From: TPA_inf: Saccharomyces
Lineage: Eukaryota
NCBI GenBank assembly: GCA_000146045.2
Contig: BK006946.2
Span: 352,001-416,000, forward strand
Direction: 5' to 3'
Length of the DNA: 64,000 nucleotides
Part shown: one piece after another, positions 57,154-64,000 of the stretch
Layout: every line of letters begins with the position of its first letter
How positions within the stretch are numbered: the stretch's first letter is position 1
Program-made: the position numbers and the translations under genes
The notes under the pieces: generated by a model
Database searches by the model: none
What the model was told of the DNA's origin: nothing
Seen by the model: the letters and a program-made list of their open reading frames with translations, nothing else

Positions 57154-58626
57154 ATGAATGCGGACCATCACCTGCAACAGCAGCAGCAACAGCGACAACA
57201 GCATCAACAACAACAGCATCAACAACAACAGCATCAGCATCAGCATCAACAGCAGCAGCACACGATATTACAAAATGTGTCGAACACTAACAATATCGGC
57301 AGCGATTCGCTGGCGTCACAGCCTTTCAACACGACTACTGTTTCCTCTAACAAGGACGACGTTATGGTGAACTCTGGGGCAAGAGAACTTCCAATGCCCT
57401 TACATCAGCAGCAGTATATATACCCTTACTATCAGTATACAAGTAATAACAGTAACAACAATAATGTGACGGCTGGTAACAATATGTCTGCGTCGCCGAT
57501 TGTCCATAACAACAGCAACAACAGCAACAACAGCAATATTTCTGCTTCTGATTACACTGTCGCAAACAACAGTACTAGCAATAATAACAATAATAATAAT
57601 AATAACAACAATAATAACAATAATATTCACCCAAACCAGTTTACTGCGGCCGCAAATATGAACTCAAATGCTGCAGCGGCTGCTTATTACTCCTTCCCCA
57701 CTGCGAATATGCCAATACCGCAACAGGATCAACAATATATGTTCAATCCTGCTTCATACATAAGCCATTACTATTCAGCAGTTAACAGCAATAACAATGG
57801 TAATAACGCCGCTAACAATGGCAGCAACAACTCTTCTCACTCAGCCCCAGCCCCGGCCCCCGGTCCACCCCATCACCATCACCATCATAGTAATACACAC
57901 AACAACCTCAACAATGGTGGTGCTGTAAATACAAACAACGCTCCTCAGCACCATCCAACGATAATAACGGATCAATTTCAATTCCAACTACAACAAAACC
58001 CTTCTCCAAATTTGAATCTCAATATTAACCCGGCACAACCTCTGCATCTACCTCCTGGTTGGAAAATAAACACTATGCCGCAACCACGTCCTACGACAGC
58101 ACCTAACCATCCCCCTGCGCCGGTGCCTTCTTCGAACCCTGTGGCCTCGAACTTGGTTCCTGCCCCATCATCAGACCATAAATATATCCATCAATGCCAA
58201 TTTTGTGAGAAGTCTTTCAAAAGAAAATCATGGTTGAAAAGGCACCTATTGTCACACTCGCAACAAAGACATTTTCTATGCCCTTGGTGCTTAAGCAGGC
58301 AGAAGAGAAAAGATAATCTTTTACAGCATATGAAACTCAAGCATACAAATTATTTATTAGACGAACTCAAGAAAAACAACATCATCTTTAACTACAACAA
58401 TTCTTCCTCCTCTAATAATAACAACGACAATAATAATAATAATAACAGCAATAGCGCTAGCGGCAGTGGCGGTGCCGGTGCCGCGGCGGCAGCAGCAACA
58501 GCTCCCGAAAATGAAGATGGAAACGGTTACGATACAAACATCAAGACTTTAATCAATGATGGTGTACTGAATAAGGACGACGTTAAACGTGTTTTGAATA
58601 ACCTTATTGTTAGTCACAACAAATAG
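57154..58626 (+). CDS. MOT3: MOT3, C2H2 zinc-finger transcription factor with a Q/N-rich prion-forming N-terminal domain, 490 aa
   Basis: It has N-terminal poly-Q (Q/H) and poly-N tracts and a PHHHHHH run. Two C2H2 fingers (CQFCEKSFKRKSWLKRHLLSH and CPWCLSRQKRKDNLLQHMKLKH) lie near the C-terminus. Confidence 0.93.
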   Translation: MNADHHLQQQQQQRQQHQQQQHQQQQHQHQHQQQQHTILQNVSNTNNIGSDSLASQPFNTTTVSSNKDDVMVNSGARELPMPLHQQQYIYPYYQYTSNNSNNNNVTAGNNMSASPIVHNNSNNSNNSNISASDYTVANNSTSNNNNNNNNNNNNNNNIHPNQFTAAANMNSNAAAAAYYSFPTANMPIPQQDQQYMFNPASYISHYYSAVNSNNNGNNAANNGSNNSSHSAPAPAPGPPHHHHHHSNTHNNLNNGGAVNTNNAPQHHPTIITDQFQFQLQQNPSPNLNLNINPAQPLHLPPGWKINTMPQPRPTTAPNHPPAPVPSSNPVASNLVPAPSSDHKYIHQCQFCEKSFKRKSWLKRHLLSHSQQRHFLCPWCLSRQKRKDNLLQHMKLKHTNYLLDELKKNNIIFNYNNSSSSNNNNDNNNNNNSNSASGSGGAGAAAAAATAPENEDGNGYDTNIKTLINDGVLNKDDVKRVLNNLIVSHNK

Positions 58627-58761
58627 ATAGACTTTATAGACACACAAAATATCCCTTCCCACTCATTTAACAATCAAGATAATAGTAATAATCACAAATT
58701 TAGAAAGTAATTATGCATATATACATTATATACATATAGTTTATGTATGGTACGGAACTGA

Positions 58762-59265
58762 TTACAACATCTCTCTAACAACGGCCTCGTGAGGGAAATC
58801 GTCATCTGTAGGATTTTTGATAATGTTCGTATTCTGGAACTCTTGGTGTTTAGTATATGCTACCGCATAACTGATTGACGATATCGTTAGCCCGACAGCT
58901 ACCACAATTAGACTCGTAGCCATCACTGCAATGGAAATATACTGGATTATCGCCATTGCTAGATAGAAAAGACATCTCCATCCATTTGTTTCAAATCTCT
59001 TGATGAATTCAATGAAATTATCGCTAAGGGGACAGATTTTCAACAAAAATGGTATTTCAATGAATAGGATCACTAACCCTTGGATTATACTAATGATACC
59101 AAAAGCTATCACCCCACTAACGTGGAACAGATTCGCTATCCCGAGTGCAATACACAAGATTATGTTGATATATCCAAACCATCTACCATATACGCTAAAG
59201 TTGAAACTTTTCAAATCCTTCACCATACCACCCACATTGATGAACTGTCCTAAACTTAAAGCCAT
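58762..59265 (-). CDS. TVP18: TVP18, Tlg2-vesicle integral membrane protein, 167 aa
   Basis: It is 167 aa with four predicted transmembrane helices. Confidence 0.82.
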   Translation of the reverse strand: MALSLGQFINVGGMVKDLKSFNFSVYGRWFGYINIILCIALGIANLFHVSGVIAFGIISIIQGLVILFIEIPFLLKICPLSDNFIEFIKRFETNGWRCLFYLAMAIIQYISIAVMATSLIVVAVGLTISSISYAVAYTKHQEFQNTNIIKNPTDDDFPHEAVVREML

Positions 59266-59568
59266 TATTGAAAACTAGTATATTTTAGTTGTTATTGCTC
59301 TTCTCCTGGTGACCTACAATCCCACTTCACTAGTAGGGGAATTCTGGATCTTTACTTCGCTGATATAGCACCTTTTTTCTTTTTTTTTTTTCTTTTGCCT
59401 TTTTTACGAGCCACAGACTTTCCTCCTTTACCCTACTATTCGTAGCCGTCTTTTTTTGTTGTTTTTTTTTTTTGTGAAACAACGTAGCAAGAAAGGGATC
59501 CTCATCCAAACTAGGATAAACAAGTAAACAGATTAACAAAGAAGCCAATCAATTACAACAACAAATAA

Positions 59569-60120
59569 ATGAACAGTTACAGCCTATTAACTAGATCTTT
59601 CCACGAATCTTCTAAGCCCCTTTTCAATTTGGCTAGCACCTTGTTGAAGGCTTCCAAGAGAACGCAGCTTAGAAATGAATTGATAAAACAGGGTCCTAAA
59701 AGGCCCACATCTGCTTATTTCTTATATTTGCAAGACCACAGAAGTCAATTCGTTAAGGAAAATCCAACCTTACGTCCTGCTGAAATCAGCAAGATTGCCG
59801 GTGAAAAGTGGCAAAATTTAGAGGCTGATATAAAGGAAAAATACATTTCTGAAAGAAAAAAGTTGTATTCTGAATACCAAAAGGCGAAGAAGGAGTTTGA
59901 CGAAAAACTTCCTCCAAAGAAACCAGCAGGACCCTTCATTAAGTATGCCAATGAAGTTCGTTCGCAAGTTTTTGCACAACATCCTGACAAGTCTCAATTG
60001 GATCTAATGAAAATTATCGGAGATAAATGGCAATCCTTGGATCAAAGCATTAAGGACAAATACATACAAGAGTACAAAAAAGCTATCCAAGAATATAATG
60101 CTCGCTACCCTCTCAACTAG
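59569..60120 (+). CDS. ABF2: ABF2, mitochondrial DNA-packaging HMG-box protein, 183 aa
   Basis: Two HMG boxes are present (PKRPTSAYFLYLQDHR... and PKKPAGPFIKYANEVR...). It has an N-terminal mitochondrial presequence and is 183 aa. Confidence 0.93.
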   Translation: MNSYSLLTRSFHESSKPLFNLASTLLKASKRTQLRNELIKQGPKRPTSAYFLYLQDHRSQFVKENPTLRPAEISKIAGEKWQNLEADIKEKYISERKKLYSEYQKAKKEFDEKLPPKKPAGPFIKYANEVRSQVFAQHPDKSQLDLMKIIGDKWQSLDQSIKDKYIQEYKKAIQEYNARYPLN

Positions 60121-60267
60121 ACCGCGGTACTCTCACAATGTTTTTTATGCCTTTATTCTTTCCGTTCCTATCCAAACAAATAAATAAATTTAACTTAACC
60201 AAGCAAGTGTGTAGTGTTTTTATATCCTATGTAAGTCTTCAAACTTTTTTTTTATCTCTGGTAACCT

Positions 60268-60873
60268 TTATTCGCATACAACGCCAATGAAACAAACCTG
60301 TAATAATTTTTCATAGTTAACCCATTGATGATACTTATTAAAATATGTAATCAAATCGTCACTATTACGGTGCTTTATTAAGATGTCCGTACCACCTGGA
60401 TGGAACTTCAAATAACTAGAAATGTCATAGACTTTGCCGTTTATAACGCACCATAACTCGTCCTCACCTTTACAATGCTTCTTTACGATTTTTCTGTTTA
60501 TTCTTAAGGGTGGCATTATTTTATAAAGGGGTATCTTTTGGACAAGCAATTGGTTCTTCAGTTGTGAAGGTGAAAACTTGAAGTTATCTTTTTGAAATAC
60601 CGGATCATCGAGTAAATCCTGGATAAGCTGTAGCGAAACGAATTTTGTATAATAATTCGCTGGATTGGAGGTTAGAGAGTGCCAGTCCAGAGCACTGTGC
60701 CCAGGATCTAGTCTTATTTTGGTTCTTACAAGAGGCTTTCTTGACGACTTCGACATGGGCATATGCAGCGGGGATGATATGGCAGGATGAGCAACGCTTA
60801 GTCGCTGAGGAGCAGCGAATCTGACATTTGGTTTCGAGTTTGAAACATCTCTGTTCATGCCGTCACTACTCAT
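60268..60873 (-). CDS. IRC21: IRC21, cytochrome b5-like heme-binding domain protein, 201 aa
   Basis: The C-terminal cytochrome b5 fold motif HPGG is present (LKFHPGGTDIL). The length is 201 aa. Confidence 0.85.
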   Translation of the reverse strand: MSSDGMNRDVSNSKPNVRFAAPQRLSVAHPAISSPLHMPMSKSSRKPLVRTKIRLDPGHSALDWHSLTSNPANYYTKFVSLQLIQDLLDDPVFQKDNFKFSPSQLKNQLLVQKIPLYKIMPPLRINRKIVKKHCKGEDELWCVINGKVYDISSYLKFHPGGTDILIKHRNSDDLITYFNKYHQWVNYEKLLQVCFIGVVCE

Positions 60874-61035
60874 ATCTCTATGAGTGTAATCTAAGCACCT
60901 GCTAATATGTTATATTCTGCTTATTCGTCCTTTTGCTACACATAATTAATGTAACTTTAACTCTAGTTCTATAAAGGATATGATTTGTACTAAATGTAAC
61001 ATTATACGAAAAAACATATTATTCGTTTATATAAA

Positions 61036-61473
61036 CTAATCAAAGAAGTCGTCATCATCTTCGTCGTCATCATTTTTAGCATTCTGCTTGTCAAATGAAT
61101 TCAGATCTTCGCTGAAATCTTTCCGTTCGAAGATAATCTTACTGTTATTTTGTGAATTTTGTTGCTTGGCGATACCATTCAAGATTGAAACAATTTCAGC
61201 TTCAGTGATTTTATGAGTGACGTTGTTTGTAGCAATCAGTTTCTTTAAGTATGTCTCTACTGCTTGGGCCCTGTCTCTACGGACCAAGGCCACTCGAGAT
61301 AATCTTTCTAAAGCTTGTGGCTCCAAGAAATTTGCAATAGCTGCACCAACGGGAGCGGAATTTTCACCTCCACCATTATTAGCACCGCTATTTCTATCGC
61401 CGTTGGTACCCCCACTGTTGTTTTTCAACTGAGCCAATCTGGCTTCCCTAATAGCTTGTAACTCTGGGTCCAT
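61036..61473 (-). CDS. SDD2: YMR074C (SDD2), PDCD5/TFAR19-like protein, 145 aa
   Basis: It has a PDCD5-family core (MDPELQAIREARLAQLK...RVALVRRDRAQAVE) and an acidic D/E tail. I placed the start at the internal Met to give 145 aa; the track ORF extends 29 codons upstream. Confidence 0.75.
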   Translation of the reverse strand: MDPELQAIREARLAQLKNNSGGTNGDRNSGANNGGGENSAPVGAAIANFLEPQALERLSRVALVRRDRAQAVETYLKKLIATNNVTHKITEAEIVSILNGIAKQQNSQNNSKIIFERKDFSEDLNSFDKQNAKNDDDEDDDDFFD

Positions 61474-61981
61474 ATCTGAGCACACACTTCCTCCTGAATT
61501 GTAATCCAGAGAGCAAGAAGATTTTTCAACTTTTACTCTTGGTTCTCCTTGTAGAACCACAAGTGGTATAAAAATTCTCGCTTACCCAGCCCAAAAATTC
61601 TCATCTGTTTCTCATCTGTTTCTCGTCCGAATAAGTTTCCCGTTCGCAGCTAGGATTTCACCTGCTCACCATAATAGGCAACTTTCTTCCTCATGTAGGA
61701 AATTATACTATTGCTCTCTGTTGCAAGGTTATTTTTGAGCCTTAATACCATATTAGTAGATATAAATACATATATATCGTGTTAACCCATAAGTGGTAGT
61801 TTTAGTAGCTCGCTGCAAGATCTGCCTCATTCCTTTGTAGAGAACGACGTACCCACTACGCGTTTGAACATTTGCAACAAGCACGAGAGGAAGGAAGAAG
61901 AATACCAAGTATAAACGAGAATAATCACCATAGAAAAACCTATAAAAGACACTTCCATTACCATCTGCTAATAATAATACA

Positions 61982-64000
61982 ATGGACACCAGCAAGAAAG
62001 ATACTACTAGGTCGCCCTCACATTCCAACAGTTCTTCTCCTTCATCTTCTTCTCTCTCTTCATCTTCTTCCAAAGAGAAAAAACGTCCTAAGAGACTATC
62101 CTCCCAGAATGTAAATTACGATTTGAAAAGGAGAAAGATCATCACTTCTGAAGGTATAGAAAGATCATTCAAGAACGAGCATAGCAATCTTGCAGTTGAA
62201 GACAATATCCCGGAAGAAGAACCCAAGGAACTTCTTGAAAAGGACTCCAAGGGTAATATCATCAAACTTAATGAGCCATCCACCATCTCGGAAGATTCGA
62301 AGGTATCTGTCACTGGATTGCCGTTAAATAAAGGTCCTTCTGAGAAAATCAAGCGAGAGTCTCTTTGGAATTATAGAAAAAATTTGGGAGGCCAATCGAA
62401 CAACTCAGAAATGACGCTGGTCCCCAGTAAAAGATTTACTCAGGTGCCGAAAAATTTTCAGGATTTGAACAGAAATGATTTGAAAACGTTTTTAACTGAG
62501 AACATGACTGAAGAGAGCAATATACGGTCAACTATTGGTTGGAATGGCGATATAATAAACAGAACTCGTGACCGTGAACCTGAAAGCGACCGCGATAATA
62601 AAAAGCTATCAAATATTAGAACCAAAATAATACTTTCAACGAATGCTACCTATGATTCAAAAAGTAAACTATTTGGCCAAAATTCCATCAAGTCAACATC
62701 GAATGCGAGTGAAAAAATTTTCAGGGACAAGAACAATTCAACCATAGATTTTGAGAATGAAGATTTTTGTTCGGCTTGTAATCAGTCAGGTTCTTTTTTA
62801 TGCTGTGATACATGCCCCAAATCCTTTCACTTTCTTTGCTTAGACCCACCAATTGATCCGAACAACCTGCCTAAAGGTGATTGGCATTGTAATGAATGTA
62901 AGTTTAAAATCTTCATAAATAACTCAATGGCAACTTTAAAAAAAATTGAATCCAACTTCATTAAGCAAAATAACAACGTCAAGATTTTTGCTAAATTACT
63001 TTTCAATATCGATTCCCACAACCCAAAACAGTTCCAGCTACCAAATTATATAAAAGAAACCTTTCCTGCTGTGAAAACGGGTTCGAGAGGACAATACTCT
63101 GATGAGAATGATAAGATTCCATTAACTGATAGACAATTGTTTAACACTTCTTATGGCCAAAGCATAACTAAATTGGACTCTTACAACCCGGATACACATA
63201 TAGATTCAAATTCAGGTAAGTTTTTAATTTGTTACAAATGCAATCAAACCAGACTAGGTTCATGGTCTCATCCAGAAAATTCAAGATTAATAATGACTTG
63301 TGATTATTGTCAGACTCCATGGCATTTGGATTGTGTACCGAGGGCTTCTTTCAAGAACTTAGGTTCAAAATGGAAATGTCCTCTACATTCCCCAACTAAA
63401 GTTTACAAAAAGATACACCATTGTCAAGAAGATAATAGCGTAAATTATAAGGTGTGGAAAAAACAACGATTGATAAACAAGAAAAACCAACTTTATTATG
63501 AACCTTTACAAAAAATAGGCTACCAAAATAACGGGAACATTCAAATCATACCAACAACTAGTCATACAGATTATGATTTCAATCAAGATTTCAAAATTAC
63601 ACAAATAGATGAAAATTCCATTAAATATGATTTTTTTGATAAAATTTACAAATCAAAAATGGTTCAAAAAAGAAAACTCTTTCAATTTCAAGAAAGTTTA
63701 ATAGATAAGTTAGTATCAAATGGATCCCAAAATGGCAATAGCGAGGATAATATGGTCAAAGACATAGCCTCTTTAATATATTTCCAAGTTAGCAACAACG
63801 ACAAGAGTAGTAACAATAAATCGGCTTCCAAAAGCAATAACTTAAGAAAATTATGGGATTTGAAAGAACTGACTAACGTAGTCGTGCCGAACGAACTAGA
63901 TTCTATACAATTCAATGACTTTTCCAGCGATGAAATAAAGCATCTGTTATATTTAAAGAAGATTATCGAATCCAAACCAAAGGAAGAACTGTTAAAATTT
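61982..64000 (+). CDS. RCO1: RCO1, PHD-finger subunit of the Rpd3S histone deacetylase complex; 5' partial, 673 codons, running off the window end
   Basis: It is missing from the ORF track because no stop falls inside the window. Translating from the ATG at 61982 gives MDTSKKDTTRSPSHSNSSSP... with two PHD fingers (CSACNQSGSFLCCDTCPKSFHFLCLDPP...WHCNEC and CYKCNQTRLGSWSHPENSRLIMTCDYCQTPWHLDCV). It is in frame through position 64000. Confidence 0.85.
   Translation, partial: MDTSKKDTTRSPSHSNSSSPSSSSLSSSSSKEKKRPKRLSSQNVNYDLKRRKIITSEGIERSFKNEHSNLAVEDNIPEEEPKELLEKDSKGNIIKLNEPSTISEDSKVSVTGLPLNKGPSEKIKRESLWNYRKNLGGQSNNSEMTLVPSKRFTQVPKNFQDLNRNDLKTFLTENMTEESNIRSTIGWNGDIINRTRDREPESDRDNKKLSNIRTKIILSTNATYDSKSKLFGQNSIKSTSNASEKIFRDKNNSTIDFENEDFCSACNQSGSFLCCDTCPKSFHFLCLDPPIDPNNLPKGDWHCNECKFKIFINNSMATLKKIESNFIKQNNNVKIFAKLLFNIDSHNPKQFQLPNYIKETFPAVKTGSRGQYSDENDKIPLTDRQLFNTSYGQSITKLDSYNPDTHIDSNSGKFLICYKCNQTRLGSWSHPENSRLIMTCDYCQTPWHLDCVPRASFKNLGSKWKCPLHSPTKVYKKIHHCQEDNSVNYKVWKKQRLINKKNQLYYEPLQKIGYQNNGNIQIIPTTSHTDYDFNQDFKITQIDENSIKYDFFDKIYKSKMVQKRKLFQFQESLIDKLVSNGSQNGNSEDNMVKDIASLIYFQVSNNDKSSNNKSASKSNNLRKLWDLKELTNVVVPNELDSIQFNDFSSDEIKHLLYLKKIIESKPKEELLKF

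Noticed and set aside
57061-57630. Poly-Leu, poly-Cys and poly-Ile ORFs (57061-57261, 57362-57565, 57400-57630) on the minus strand
   Set aside because: They are antisense readings of the MOT3 poly-Q and poly-N trinucleotide tracts, not independent genes.

Overview
This window is Saccharomyces cerevisiae nuclear DNA, matching the right arm of chromosome XIII from about ARG80/MCM1 (YMR042W/YMR043W) to RCO1 (YMR075W). I identified it from the translated ORFs, which are near-exact matches in length and sequence to well-known yeast proteins. They include MCM1 with its MADS box and polyQ tail, NUP116 with GLFG repeats, the Ty1 Gag and Pol proteins, FET3, AAC1, STV1, ERB1, ABF2 and MOT3. All gene names and lengths come from my memory of these proteins; no database search was run. 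The ORFs are compact and intron-less, apart from the tRNA introns. There are four Pol III tRNA genes: Phe, His, Val and Trp. Two full-length Ty1 retrotransposons sit on the minus strand, each with identical flanking LTRs and a perfect 5-bp target-site duplication, each lying 150-180 bp upstream of a tRNA gene. The second Ty1 is inserted into a pre-existing solo delta LTR that is itself split by another solo delta, giving a triple-nested LTR cluster between tRNA-Val and tRNA-Trp. The two Ty1 copies are mosaics: Pol is nearly identical but Gag is strongly diverged, with one copy canonical Ty1 and the other resembling the divergent Ty1-prime Gag type. I found no sign of a novel or undescribed biological system. 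This is a well-characterised eukaryotic region and there is nothing CRISPR-like or defence-like in it. The most unusual things I can see are the nested LTR cluster, the mosaic Ty1 pair, a GC-rich island covering the 3' two-thirds of NAT4 and its flanks, and a 1.9-kb ORF-free gap next to tRNA-Val.
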